From Alphaproteobacteria bacterium (lineage in GTDB: Bacteria > Pseudomonadota > Alphaproteobacteria > RF32 > CAG-239), in assembly GCA_900769705.1 (NCBI GenBank), contig CAAGHP010000020.1:94974-158973 (forward strand): a stretch of DNA of 64,000 nt, given 5' to 3'. Below the pieces are notes generated by a model that worked only from the letters and a program-made list of their open reading frames with translations, was not told the origin of the DNA and ran no database searches. Position 1 is the stretch's first letter. Each line of letters opens with the position of its first letter. Made by a program: the position numbers and the translations under genes. Shown here piece by piece: positions 1 to 9,489 of this stretch.

Positions 1-260
1 CACATGTAGCTCAATCTAATCTTGATTACAAAGATTTTCCCGAAATGGAAGAAATGTTCAGTCACCGCTTAAACTACCTGCAAAACTATGCTGATACATA
101 TTCTGCAACTCCTCTGGAAATGGTTACTTATAATCTTGAACAGGAATTTTGCGAACAAATGAATAAACGCCTAAAACTTAAAGTACGAGACTATTCTTAT
201 AATAATGAATATAACGTAGCAAAACAATATATTCAAAAAGCCATGCACAGAGCCTTTTAA
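1..260 (+). CDS. Hypothetical protein, C-terminal fragment. The reading frame is open back to base 3, so the gene starts upstream of the window.
   Basis: The ORF-track frame starting at 45 has no stop back to the window edge. No motif recognised. Confidence 0.3.
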   Translation, partial: HVAQSNLDYKDFPEMEEMFSHRLNYLQNYADTYSATPLEMVTYNLEQEFCEQMNKRLKLKVRDYSYNNEYNVAKQYIQKAMHRAF

Positions 261-793
261 ATTTCTTTATTACGGCGCAATAAAATATATAACGCCCCGT
301 TACCGCCCATTTTTTCAGACGGATGTTTATAAATCAAAATCATAGCTCTGAGGCGCGCCATATTCAGCCATTGCGGTACTTGCTTGCGCAAAACGCCTTT
401 AGCTGCAAAAATATCCTCATCCGGATGAACACGGATTCCCTTTCCGGTTATAATCATCACACAGCGGCGACCTAAAGCGTAACTTTGCGGAATAAAACTG
501 TCTACTTTGGCAAAAGCCTCATCTTCATTAAGACCGTGCAAATCCAAAATAGCCTCAACTCTGAATTCTTCGCGTTTAAATCTACGTAGAGTTGACTTAT
601 CTATTCCGCCGTTTTCAAAATCGTCTAAAAATTTGGAATAGGTGGAAAATTCCTGCTTTACGGCATAATATGTTTTTTCTTTTGGTATAATTTGACATGG
701 TTTAGCAACGGATACAAGCTGATTTGACGCCGTTTTTTTAATATCTTTAACCGCATCCCGCCAAAATTCTTCATCTTCGCTTTGCGGTGTCAT
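257..793 (-). CDS. Smr domain protein (MutS2 C-terminal-like endonuclease domain)
   Basis: LDLHGLNEDEA...VMIITGKG matches the Smr signature (LDLHG...ITGKG). Confidence 0.7.
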   Translation of the reverse strand: MTPQSEDEEFWRDAVKDIKKTASNQLVSVAKPCQIIPKEKTYYAVKQEFSTYSKFLDDFENGGIDKSTLRRFKREEFRVEAILDLHGLNEDEAFAKVDSFIPQSYALGRRCVMIITGKGIRVHPDEDIFAAKGVLRKQVPQWLNMARLRAMILIYKHPSEKMGGNGALYILLRRNKEI

Positions 794-2001
794 CAGTTCA
801 CCTTCGGAGAAGAATATTTAGGCGCCAGCAAATAATACTTGCCGGCAGAGTTCATCCGTCCGGCTTCTGCCAGGGCTTCTTCGCCGTGTCCCCAAAAATA
901 ATCGCCGCGCACCACACCTTTAATCGCACTGCCTATATCCTGAGCAAACACCACTTTTTCTATTTTTCCGTTATCCGGATTTACTGTATCCAGCCACAAC
1001 ATAGCTCCCAGCGGTATAAAACGATTGTCCACCGCCATACTGCGTCCGGCGGTTAAAGATAAACCATAAGCTCCGACCGGACCGTCGGCATCAACCACAC
1101 GCTGAAAAATAAACCTCTCGTTTTCCGCCATAACTTCTGCTGCTTTTTGTGGATTTTTACGCAGCCAATCACGGATTTTTGTCATAGACGCCTCACTTGG
1201 CTTAATCAGACCTTTTTGCAGTAAAATAGAGCCGATTCCCTTAAATTTGCGCCCATTGCTGTCGGCAAAACCGATTCTCAGTTCTGAACCGTCTTCCATA
1301 ATGGCAATCGCTGAACCTTGAATCTGCATAAAATGTATATCCACCAAATCATCGCCCCACATCAAAACCGGAGCTTTCACACCGTTTTGTTCAATTTGAC
1401 GGCGGTTATAGTATGGAATAAACTTACTGCCTTCCACTCTGCCGACTAAACGGGTATTCGGCAATGAACTGTCAAAATCTTTCAAATTTATTTCAATCAA
1501 ATCATTCGGCTTGCCATAAATCGGAAATCTGTATTTAGCGCTTTTTTCAAAAGAAGCATGAATTGTCGCCTCATAATAAGAAGTGAATTTACCTATTGTA
1601 TTGCCGTCAGCCGAAACTTCATACGGCGTAAACTCGCTCTCTAAAAACTTTTTCATCTGTGCAACGCTGTTTATTCCGGCATCAGCAAATTTTTTACAGG
1701 CTTTTTGATAATCAGTAGTTTTTATTTTTATAGCCGAATTGTATAAATAGGTATTTTTATTTTTCAAAACATTTTTGCAGTTTTTAGCAAACACCGGAAT
1801 AACCTCGCCGAAATCATCGCGATTCCATCCGGATAGTTGCGAAAAGCTTACCTTTTTTAACACAGCATTGCTTTCTTCTGCCGATGGAACGCCGGATTCC
1901 TCCCTAAAGCATCCGTTAAGCAGCAATACTAAAGCCAACGATAAAACAAAATTAAGCTGTTTTTTTAGTGGAAACCAGCACCCAATTATTGTTTTTTGCA
2001 T
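793..2001 (-). CDS. mltA: Membrane-bound lytic murein transglycosylase A (MltA-like lipoprotein)
   Basis: Signal peptide with lipobox LLNGC. C-terminal 3D-domain-like block ...GSAIKG.VRGDYFWGHGEEA...AG.MN..G.YYLL. The annotated start overlaps the upstream gene by 50 bp, so the true start is probably a downstream alternative codon. Confidence 0.7.
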   Translation of the reverse strand: MQKTIIGCWFPLKKQLNFVLSLALVLLLNGCFREESGVPSAEESNAVLKKVSFSQLSGWNRDDFGEVIPVFAKNCKNVLKNKNTYLYNSAIKIKTTDYQKACKKFADAGINSVAQMKKFLESEFTPYEVSADGNTIGKFTSYYEATIHASFEKSAKYRFPIYGKPNDLIEINLKDFDSSLPNTRLVGRVEGSKFIPYYNRRQIEQNGVKAPVLMWGDDLVDIHFMQIQGSAIAIMEDGSELRIGFADSNGRKFKGIGSILLQKGLIKPSEASMTKIRDWLRKNPQKAAEVMAENERFIFQRVVDADGPVGAYGLSLTAGRSMAVDNRFIPLGAMLWLDTVNPDNGKIEKVVFAQDIGSAIKGVVRGDYFWGHGEEALAEAGRMNSAGKYYLLAPKYSSPKVN

Positions 2002-2572
2002 TTACTATTCTTTCAAAAGTCCAAACATCGGTAATTTTCTGCACAAAGTTTTCATCGCCTTCAACAACTTCGCCTTGCGCGTTGCGCAGCAGATTAACCT
2101 GCTCGCTTACAAATTCCACCACAACTTTAATGCTATTTTTCAAAAATCTGACGTCTTTAATTTCTTTCTTATCAAAACATATAAAATCTACTTCAGATGT
2201 CATATTATTTTCTTTACGTTCCGCCAAAGTATTGTTAAAAGCTTCAAAAACTTTTTTACTGATTAAATCTTTAACCGGCTGCAAATCGCCTTTACTGAAA
2301 GCTTGTAAAACCAATTCAAAAACTTTTCCGGCCCCCTGTAAAAACATTTCTTTATTAAATTCTTCTGAGGATTCAGCTTTTACGGTAGCGTTATCCACAG
2401 CTTCCTTAGCCTTTACAATCTGCACCACATTATCAACAACCGCTTCATCATTTTTATTCACCGGTTTCAAAACAACATGTACGCTTTTATCATCGTTTTC
2501 CTTGCCTAAAACGCTGTAAAGACGCATTGCCACAAAAGCTACCAACACAAATAAAAAAATTAAATCAGTCAT
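1952..2572 (-). CDS. Tim44-like domain protein (alphaproteobacterial TimA)
   Basis: N-terminal TM anchor and a C-terminal DVWTFER...NNWVLV block typical of the Tim44-like domain. Conserved neighbourhood between secB and mltA. Confidence 0.6.
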   Translation of the reverse strand: MTDLIFLFVLVAFVAMRLYSVLGKENDDKSVHVVLKPVNKNDEAVVDNVVQIVKAKEAVDNATVKAESSEEFNKEMFLQGAGKVFELVLQAFSKGDLQPVKDLISKKVFEAFNNTLAERKENNMTSEVDFICFDKKEIKDVRFLKNSIKVVVEFVSEQVNLLRNAQGEVVEGDENFVQKITDVWTFERIVNAKNNNWVLVSTKKTA

Positions 2573-2689
2573 AAATCTCTTTTAACCTCTCCAAACATAC
2601 TATAATAATATAAAACAAATAAAATTTTTATCAATATAAATATTTGACGATTAGCTTTTTTAGTATTATTTCTTAATAAAGAAAAATTT

Positions 2690-3172
2690 ATGGAGAAAAA
2701 AATGGAAAATACTCAAAATAATAATCAACAGCCTGCAGGAATTATGATTCACAGCCAATATATCAAAGACATGTCTTTGGAAATTCCTTTGGCTCCGGAA
2801 ATATTTAAGGAAATGAACAAAAATCCTAATGTTAATGTAGACATGGGAATGAACAGCAAAAAAATGGAAGATGGCAACTACAATGTTACTTTGACCGCTA
2901 AAATGAATGCCGATATTGAAGGCAAAACTTTATTCATTGTTGAATTGTCTTATGCTGCCGTAGTTTCCGTAAATGTTCCGGAAGAGCATTTAGAGCCTGT
3001 CTTGTACATTGAAATGCCGCGCTTGCTGTTCCCGTTTGTCCGTAGTATTATCGCCAACAGCTTGTCTGCAGCCGGTTTGCCTCCGATGCTGCTGAGTCCG
3101 GTTGATTTTGTGGCTTTATATAACGCTAAAAAAGCCAAAGAAGCCGAAGAAGCTGCTAAAAAATCTGCTTAA
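2690..3172 (+). CDS. secB: Protein-export chaperone SecB
   Basis: IHSQYIKDMSLE.P.AP..F ... LYIEMPRLLFPFVRSIIANSL...P.MLLSPVDFVALY matches the SecB fold signature. About 160 aa. Confidence 0.8.
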   Translation: MEKKMENTQNNNQQPAGIMIHSQYIKDMSLEIPLAPEIFKEMNKNPNVNVDMGMNSKKMEDGNYNVTLTAKMNADIEGKTLFIVELSYAAVVSVNVPEEHLEPVLYIEMPRLLFPFVRSIIANSLSAAGLPPMLLSPVDFVALYNAKKAKEAEEAAKKSA

Positions 3173-3191
3173 TCCAAAGAAAGTACCAAAC

Positions 3192-3668
3192 ATGCGCTTA
3201 GCTTTATATCAGCCTGATATTCCGCAAAATACCGGAACTCTTTTACGATTGGGTGCCTGCCTTAATCTTGAGTTGGATATTATTGAACCTTGCGGATTCA
3301 TTTTTAATGAAAAAGCTATGCGCCGTGCCGGTATGGACTATTTAGACCTGGTACATTGCCGCCGCCATAACAGCTGGACTGATTTTATGGAATACCGTGC
3401 GCAGCATCCGGAAGAATACGGACGTTTGGTACTGATGACAACTCACAGCGCAGATTCGTTTTTAGATTTTGAGTTTAAGCCTAACGATATAATTTTAATG
3501 GGACGCGAAAGCGCCGGTGTGCCTGAAGAAATACACGAATTAGCAGACGCGCAGCTGCTGATTCCTATGTCGCCGCAAGCCCGTTCAATCAATATGGCTG
3601 TTTCTGCCGCCATGGCTTTAACTGAAGCGCTCAGACAAACAAGATTATTTCCAAAAATTAAAAAATAG
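3192..3668 (+). CDS. trmL: tRNA (cytidine/uridine34-2'-O)-methyltransferase TrmL (SpoU family)
   Basis: LYQPDIPQNTG...RAGMDYLD...LMGRESAGVPEE...IPM.P.ARSINM..AAM..TEALRQ. Start moved to the ATG at 3192, because the ORF-track start at 3102 overlaps secB. Confidence 0.7.
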   Translation: MRLALYQPDIPQNTGTLLRLGACLNLELDIIEPCGFIFNEKAMRRAGMDYLDLVHCRRHNSWTDFMEYRAQHPEEYGRLVLMTTHSADSFLDFEFKPNDIILMGRESAGVPEEIHELADAQLLIPMSPQARSINMAVSAAMALTEALRQTRLFPKIKK

Positions 3669-3765
3669 TGAAAAATTTTCAAAATTTTACATTTTTACTC
3701 TGGATTTAACCCGAAAAATGTGATATATTCACTAATGTTTTCGTGATAAATTTTATTTTTCTGGA

Positions 3766-4278
3766 GTGAACATGAGTATTAAAAAATTACCATCACTAAC
3801 TTTTAACGCCGGCGAATATGTAGTTTATCCAACACATGGTGTGGGTAAAGTTGCTGACGTGACCAAACAAAATATTGCCGGTTCCGAGCTTGAGCTTCTG
3901 GTGGTAAATTTTGACAAGGATAAAATGACTCTGCGCATTCCGACTTCCAAAATTCAGCATGTAGGCCTGCGTAAAATCTCTGATGACAAAACAATGAACG
4001 AAGCTTTTGCAACCCTCAAAGGCAAAGCTAAAATCCGCAAAATTATGTGGTCTCGCCGCGCTCAGGAATATGAAAATAAAATCAATTCCGGTAATCCTGT
4101 AGCTATCGCCGAAGTCATTCGCGATTTATACCGCAATGAAAATATCGCCGAACAATCTTACAGCGAACGCCAAATCTATGAACAGGCTGTCAGCCGTCTG
4201 GCTAGTGAAGTTTCTGTTTATAGCAACTGTTCAATTGAAGAAGCTAACAAAAAATTACTGGATATCTTGTCCAAATAA
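3766..4278 (+). CDS. CarD/CdnL family transcriptional regulator
   Basis: F..GEYVVYPTHGVGKV ... RR.MWSRRAQEY..K..SG....AEVIRDL.R......SYSERQIYE.A is the RNAP-interacting CarD family pattern. Confidence 0.7.
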   Translation: MNMSIKKLPSLTFNAGEYVVYPTHGVGKVADVTKQNIAGSELELLVVNFDKDKMTLRIPTSKIQHVGLRKISDDKTMNEAFATLKGKAKIRKIMWSRRAQEYENKINSGNPVAIAEVIRDLYRNENIAEQSYSERQIYEQAVSRLASEVSVYSNCSIEEANKKLLDILSK

Positions 4279-4301
4279 AGGCTAAAAAAGAGTATTTTTA
4301 A

Positions 4302-4337
4302 AAAGGTTGTTTCTGTTTGTACAACCTTTTTATTTTT
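4302..4337 (+). terminator. Intrinsic terminator after carD (stem aggttgt/acaacct plus T-run)
   Basis: aggttgtttctgtttgtacaacct followed by ttttattttt. Confidence 0.5.
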
Positions 4338-4515
4338 GCGTAAAAATAAGCAATTATGTCCATATTTTTTTCCCGAAAAATGCAATATTTTGCTTGAAGT
4401 CTGACGTTTTGTGTTATACATTCTAGGCAAATTGAAGTTTTTTAATTTTAGTTATGGCTCGTTTGCGGGCTGTAACTTCGTTTTAACAAAATAGCTAATA
4501 GGAGCTTAAATAACC

Positions 4516-7194
4516 ATGAGTAAATGGGTATATACATTTGGAAATGGCAAAGCCGAAGGCGATGCCAACATGCGTAATCTCCTGGGCGGTAAAGGTGCTA
4601 ACTTGGCAGAAATGAACAAAGTTGGCTTGCCTGTTCCTCCTGGATTCACCGTTACAACAGACGTTTGCACATATTACTATGCAAACAACAACACATACCC
4701 TGCTGACTTGAAAGACCAAGTTAAAGCAGCTGTTGCCGGTGTTGAAGCCATTATGGGTAAAAAATTTGCTGATCCTGAAAATCCGCTTTTGTTCTCTGTT
4801 CGTTCCGGCGCCAGAATTTCTATGCCTGGTATGATGGACACCGTTTTGAACCTCGGTTTGAACGATGAAAGCGTTAAAGGTTTGGCTAAAGTTTCTGGCA
4901 ACGAAAGATTCGCTTATGACTCTTACCGCCGTTTTATCCAAATGTTCTCTGATGTAGTTTTGGGTGCAGACCTTGATGAATACGAAGGCGCTCTTGAAGC
5001 TATGAAAAAAGCCAAAGGTTACAAATCTGATACAGATATGACAACCGAAGACTTGAAAGAATTGGTAAACGAATATAAAGAAATTGGTAAAAAATTGGGC
5101 AAAGTTGTTCCACAAGATCCTTGGGAACAATTGTGGCTTGGTATTGGCGCCGTATTTGGTTCTTGGAACGCTGCCCGCGCTATCACTTATCGTAAATTGA
5201 ACAACATCCCTGGTGATTGGGGTACAGCTTGTAACGTTCAAACCATGGTATTCGGTAATGCCGGTAACGATTCTGCAACCGGTGTATGCTTCTCTCGTGA
5301 CCCTGCTACCGGTGAAAACAAATATTACGGTGAATACTTAATCAACGCTCAAGGTGAAGACGTTGTTGCTGGTATTCGTACTCCGCAGCCTATGGGTTCT
5401 GAAGGCAAAGGCAACTCTTTGGAAGAATTGTGGCCTGATTTGTACAAACAGCTTGTAGATGTTCGTAACGCTTTGGAAGCACACTACAAAGATATGCAAG
5501 ATATGGAATTTACCATTGAGCATAAAAAATTGTGGATGTTGCAATGCCGTAACGGTAAAAGAACTGCCGCTGCAGCTGTAAGAATGGCTGTTGAAATGGT
5601 TAACGAAGGTTTGTTGACCAAAGAAGAAGCTATTATGCGCGTTGGTGCTGACCAATTAGACCAATTGTTGCACCCAATGTTGGACCCTAAAGCCAACAAA
5701 AAAGTAATTGCTACCGGTTTGCCGGCATCTCCTGGTGCTGCTGTTGGCCGTGCCGTATTCTGCGCCGAAGATGCAGAAGCTTGGGCTGCAAAAGGTGAAA
5801 AAGTTATCCTTATCCGTAACGAAACTTCTCCTGAAGATATTGGCGGTATGCACGCTTCTCAAGGTGTGATTACTGCTCGCGGCGGTATGACTTCTCACGC
5901 TGCTGTGGTTGCTCGCGGTATGGGTACTCCTTGCGTATCCGGTTCTACAGACATCACCATCGACTACAAAACTAAAACAATGTCTACAAAATCAGGCGTT
6001 GTAATTAAAGAAGGCGACTGGGTATCTTTGGATGGTGCTAAAGGTCAAATTATTGAAGGTGAAATTCCGACTGTTAGCGCATCTATGACCGGTAACTTCG
6101 GTACATTTATGGGCTGGGTTGATGAAATCCGCACTATGAGTGTTCGCGCCAACGCCGAAACTCCTGCTGACGCTAAACAAGCTTTGGCATTTGGTGCCGA
6201 AGGTATTGGTTTGGCTCGTACCGAACACATGTTCTTTGACACTAAAAGAATTTCTGATATGCGCACAATGATTTTGTCTGATGACGAAGCCGGCCGCCGT
6301 GCTGCTTTGGCTAAATTGTTGCCATACCAAAAAGAAGACTTCAAAGAATTGTACAGAACCATGAACGGTTTCCCTGTAGTTATTCGTTTGTTGGACCCAC
6401 CGCTCCATGAATTTTTGCCTCACACAGATGCAGAAATGCAGGAATTGGCTGATAAAATGGGCAAAACTTTAGCCGAAGTTAAAAACCGCGCTAACTCTTT
6501 GCACGAAATGAACCCTATGTTGGGTCACCGCGGCTGCCGTTTGCCGATTACCTATCCGGAAATCTGCGAAATGCAAACCCGCGCTATCTTGGAAGCTGCT
6601 TTGGAATGCCGCGATGAAGGCGTTAAAGTTACACCAGAAATCGAAGTTCCATTGGTTGGTTCTAAGAAAGAATTGGATATTGTTAAAAACATAATTGATA
6701 CAACTGCTAAAGCTTTGTTTGCTGAAAAAGGCAAATCTATTGAATATGAAGTTGGTACCATGATTGAATTGCCAAGAGCCGCTTTGATGGCTGAAGAAAT
6801 CGCTGCTTCTGCTGCATTCTTTGGTTTTGGTACAAACGACTTGACTCAAACAACTTTGGGTATGAGCCGTGATGATACCGGTGCTATCTTGGATTGCTAC
6901 CGCGCTAAAGGCATTTATGTTGCAGATCCGTTTGCTTCTATTGATGTTGAAGGTGTTGGTAAATTGGTTAAACGCGCTTGCGAATACGGCCGTCAAACTA
7001 ACCCGGATTTGTTGTTGGGTGTTTGCGGTGAACATGGTGGTGACCCTAAATCTATCGAGTTCTTCCAACAGTGTGGTTTAGACTATGTGTCTTGCTCACC
7101 GTTCCGTGTACCGGTAGCTCGTTTGGCTGCTGCTCAAGCTGCTATCAAATACGGTAAAACTCAAAAAGACCACGCAGAAAAGAAAGCTGCTTAA
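4516..7194 (+). CDS. ppdK: Pyruvate, phosphate dikinase
   Basis: 892 aa. PEP-utilising enzyme motifs (GGMTSHAAVVARGMG, catalytic His region) and the characteristic N-terminal ATP-grasp region MSKWVY.FG.G.AEG...MRNLLGGKGANLAEM. Confidence 0.95.
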   Translation: MSKWVYTFGNGKAEGDANMRNLLGGKGANLAEMNKVGLPVPPGFTVTTDVCTYYYANNNTYPADLKDQVKAAVAGVEAIMGKKFADPENPLLFSVRSGARISMPGMMDTVLNLGLNDESVKGLAKVSGNERFAYDSYRRFIQMFSDVVLGADLDEYEGALEAMKKAKGYKSDTDMTTEDLKELVNEYKEIGKKLGKVVPQDPWEQLWLGIGAVFGSWNAARAITYRKLNNIPGDWGTACNVQTMVFGNAGNDSATGVCFSRDPATGENKYYGEYLINAQGEDVVAGIRTPQPMGSEGKGNSLEELWPDLYKQLVDVRNALEAHYKDMQDMEFTIEHKKLWMLQCRNGKRTAAAAVRMAVEMVNEGLLTKEEAIMRVGADQLDQLLHPMLDPKANKKVIATGLPASPGAAVGRAVFCAEDAEAWAAKGEKVILIRNETSPEDIGGMHASQGVITARGGMTSHAAVVARGMGTPCVSGSTDITIDYKTKTMSTKSGVVIKEGDWVSLDGAKGQIIEGEIPTVSASMTGNFGTFMGWVDEIRTMSVRANAETPADAKQALAFGAEGIGLARTEHMFFDTKRISDMRTMILSDDEAGRRAALAKLLPYQKEDFKELYRTMNGFPVVIRLLDPPLHEFLPHTDAEMQELADKMGKTLAEVKNRANSLHEMNPMLGHRGCRLPITYPEICEMQTRAILEAALECRDEGVKVTPEIEVPLVGSKKELDIVKNIIDTTAKALFAEKGKSIEYEVGTMIELPRAALMAEEIAASAAFFGFGTNDLTQTTLGMSRDDTGAILDCYRAKGIYVADPFASIDVEGVGKLVKRACEYGRQTNPDLLLGVCGEHGGDPKSIEFFQQCGLDYVSCSPFRVPVARLAAAQAAIKYGKTQKDHAEKKAA

Positions 7195-7218
7195 TCTTTA
7201 GAGATTGACTACAAAATT

Positions 7219-7252
7219 CTCCCCGTTATTAACTTAGCGGGGAGTTTTTTTT
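7219..7252 (+). terminator. Intrinsic terminator after ppdK
   Basis: ctccccgttattaacttagcggggag plus tttttttt. Confidence 0.6.
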
Positions 7253-7386
7253 AATACGGCAATAATGGCTAATACACCGAGCATTTCTATCATCGAACGG
7301 CCAACACAATTACCCGTTCCGCTTGGCTTTGAGAGTAGCGTAGAAAAGAACAGACAATAGTTTATTCTATTTTTAAACTTATTCAT
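7234..7386 (-). CDS. Unannotated 50-aa ORF (MNKFKNRINYCLFFSTLLSKPSGTGNCVGRSMIEMLGVLAIIAVLKKTPR) with a prepilin-like G-xxxxE-hydrophobic N-terminal motif. Possible gene remnant.
   Basis: Found by hand translation of the minus strand. GAGG Shine-Dalgarno 10 nt upstream. The IEMLGVLAIIAVL segment resembles the type IV/Flp pilin processing region. Too short to be a full pilin. Confidence 0.2.
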   Translation of the reverse strand: MNKFKNRINYCLFFSTLLSKPSGTGNCVGRSMIEMLGVLAIIAVLKKTPR

Positions 7387-7687
7387 GTTTCCAAACCTCA
7401 TTTTTTATATAAAAACAAAACCCGCTGTTAAAAAGCGGGCGGATGTTCAGAAACCGTACAATAGGAAACGGCTCGACTTATTCAGCACATAGCCTTATTT
7501 AGCCGACATCCGCTCTTGGCAGAAATCGGCATATAAATCAAGTCAATATGCAATGACTCCTATTGAAAAGGGTTTCTGACGCCCTGCATTTTGCAATGCA
7601 GATTCAGTATAGCTTATCGTCGTTAAAATAAGCAAGGAAAATTTTAAGTTATATTTACAGTAAATATAACATTAAAAATGTGATAAA

Positions 7688-7742
7688 TAAAATAGAGAAA
7701 ATTTTAGCGTACACAGAAGTACGTAAATTTTCTCTATTTTGC
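7688..7742 (-). terminator. Long palindromic hairpin downstream of rho, U-rich on both sides. Probable rho and bidirectional terminator.
   Basis: aatagagaaaatttt-agcgtac-acagaa-gtacgt-aaaattttctctatt is a near-perfect 20-bp stem. Confidence 0.4.
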
Positions 7743-7799
7743 AGTTTTGATATAAACTCTCAGAAACTCGGACAGCGTATGTAAATGCGACGCATACAA

Positions 7800-9053
7800 C
7801 TATGAATTCATATTTTGGAAAAAGTCCGCATTATTTTTTGTCTGTCTGAGCTTATCCAAAAGAAATTCCATACCGTCGGTCATACCCATTTGCATTAAGA
7901 CACGGCGCAGCACCCACATTTTAGTCAGAGTTGCACGGTCAACCAGCATTTCTTCTTTACGAGTGCCGGAACGAGTAATATCTATAGTCGGGAACAAACG
8001 CTTATCGGTAAGTTTTCTATCCAAAATGATTTCAGAGTTACCTGTACCCTTAAACTCTTCAAAAATCACTTCATCCATGCGTGAACCTGTATCAATCAAA
8101 GCAGTGGCTATAATGGTTAAAGAACCGCCTTCTTCTACATTGCGGGCTGCACCTAAAAGGCGCTTAGGACGCTGTAGAGCGTTGGCATCAACACCGCCGG
8201 TAAGTACCTTACCAGATGAAGGAACAACCGCATTATAGGCGCGTCCAAGACGAGTTATTGAATCCAAAAGAATTACCACATCTTTTTTGTTTTCTACCAA
8301 ACGCTTAGCCTTTTCTATACACATTTCAGCAACTTGAACATGACGTGTAGCAGGTTCATCAAATGTAGAAGATATAACTTCACCTTTAACAGAGCGCGTC
8401 ATATCTGTAACTTCTTCAGGACGTTCATCAATAAGCAGCACCATTAAATATACTTCCGGATGATTTGTAGAAATAGCGTGAGCAATATTCTGCAGCATAA
8501 CTGTTTTACCTGTGCGAGGTGGTGCCACAATCAAGCCGCGCTGACCTTTGCCTTGCGGAGCTATTAAATCAATCACGCGAGTTGTATAGTCTTTGTCGCC
8601 GCAAATAATGTCAAAATTCAGCTTTTTAGTCGGATACAGCGGCGTTAAGTTATCAAAATTCACACGCAGCTTAGATTTTTCCGGATCATCAAAGTTAATT
8701 GCATTTACTTTTGTTAAAGCAAAATAACGTTCATTGTCTTTAGGTGCGCGGATTTCGCCTTCAACCGTATCTCCGGTGCGCAATCCAAATTTTTTAACCT
8801 GAGCAGGAGAAACGTATATATCATCAGGACTTGCTAAAAAGTTAGACTTTGAAGAACGTAAAAAACCAAATCCATCTTGCAAAACTTCTATTACACCGTC
8901 GCCACAGATAACTGTATCTACCTCAGCTAATTTTTTCATAATGGCAAAAATCAAATCCTGAACACGCATAGAAGACGCGTCTTCAACTCCCAAATCCTCA
9001 GCCTGAGTCAACAACTCTGTTGGAGATTTTTCCTTTAATTCCTTTAAATGCAT
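7800..9053 (-). CDS. rho: Transcription termination factor Rho
   Basis: N-terminal [15 protein letters not shown]...LGV, RNA-binding OB region, Walker A GKTVMLQ, Q/R loops. 417 aa. Confidence 0.95.
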   Translation of the reverse strand: MHLKELKEKSPTELLTQAEDLGVEDASSMRVQDLIFAIMKKLAEVDTVICGDGVIEVLQDGFGFLRSSKSNFLASPDDIYVSPAQVKKFGLRTGDTVEGEIRAPKDNERYFALTKVNAINFDDPEKSKLRVNFDNLTPLYPTKKLNFDIICGDKDYTTRVIDLIAPQGKGQRGLIVAPPRTGKTVMLQNIAHAISTNHPEVYLMVLLIDERPEEVTDMTRSVKGEVISSTFDEPATRHVQVAEMCIEKAKRLVENKKDVVILLDSITRLGRAYNAVVPSSGKVLTGGVDANALQRPKRLLGAARNVEEGGSLTIIATALIDTGSRMDEVIFEEFKGTGNSEIILDRKLTDKRLFPTIDITRSGTRKEEMLVDRATLTKMWVLRRVLMQMGMTDGMEFLLDKLRQTKNNADFFQNMNS

Positions 9054-9153
9054 ACTAACCTTAAATTTTTGTGATAGTTAAAAATTGAGTAATAAACATT
9101 GAAATGTTTGTTGCTATGCTTATATAAAATATGTAAGCAAAAGTCAATTGTTT

Positions 9154-9162
9154 TTATACACA
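9154..9162. promoter_or_regulatory. DnaA-box-like 9-mer TTATACACA (one mismatch to TTATCCACA)
   Basis: Direct sequence read. Confidence 0.3.
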
Positions 9163-9224
9163 AAAAATTTCCCCTTTTAAAATTTAAAAAATAAATAATT
9201 ATTGTTATTTATCCCTGCGCAAAA

Positions 9225-9246
9225 TGTGGATAAGATTCTATCCACA
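9225..9246. promoter_or_regulatory. Inverted pair of DnaA boxes, TGTGGATAA-gattc-TATCCACA
   Basis: Perfect TTATCCACA on the minus strand, plus a partner reading cTATCCACA on the plus strand (the 8-mer TATCCACA is exact; the ninth base is c, not t). Confidence 0.5.
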
Positions 9247-9279
9247 GACTTACTAACATTAACAAATTATTTAATATGG

Positions 9280-9321
9280 TTAATAAAAAGTTAATGATTC
9301 AAGAAGTTAAAAAATAGTTAA
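9280..9321. promoter_or_regulatory. Two TTAA-N7-TTAA motifs of CtrA half-site type (9280-9294 and 9307-9321)
   Basis: ttaataaaaagttaa and ttaaaaaatagttaa. These could also be chance hits in AT-rich DNA. Confidence 0.3.
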
Positions 9322-9450
9322 TAAATATTTTCAACATATCTTAATAAAAATGTTTAGATGTTAATAAGTTTGTTTAACGTTTTTACAAAAAGTGAATACT
9401 TTGTTAAAAACTTTATATAAGCTAAACTTATGCACATTTAAAGGCGTTAT

Positions 9451-9459
9451 TGTGGATAA
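9451..9459. promoter_or_regulatory. DnaA box TGTGGATAA, inside a 14-mer tgtggataagattc that is repeated identically at 9225
   Basis: Direct sequence read. Lies 31 bp upstream of the coaE start. Confidence 0.5.
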
Positions 9460-9489
9460 GATTCACAAGTTTTTGATATAAGGCAAAAG

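Noticed and set aside
793-2001. The 50-bp same-strand overlap between mltA and the tim44-like gene as evidence of a frameshift or pseudogene
   Set aside because: The overlap is more simply explained by ORF-track start selection. The lipoprotein signal peptide allows a downstream non-ATG start, and both proteins are full length with intact motifs.
1775-2519. Plus-strand ORFs 1775-2266 and 1968-2519
   Set aside because: Antisense to the confidently assigned tim44-like and mltA genes. Ser/Thr/Phe-rich, no motifs.
3102-3191. N-terminal extension (MILWLYITLKKPKKPKK…) of the trmL ORF
   Set aside because: It overlaps the secB 3' end in another frame and is poly-Lys junk. The conserved TrmL sequence begins at the ATG at 3192.
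4495-7081. Antisense and overlapping ORFs within ppdK (4495-5241, 5992-6423, 6469-7068 and others)
   Set aside because: ppdK is unambiguous and occupies the sense frame. The antisense products are Phe/Asn/Val-rich with no motifs.
9203-9218. Additional weak DnaA-box-like sequence ttatttatccctg
   Set aside because: Two or more mismatches to TTATCCACA. It is not distinguishable from background in AT-rich DNA.
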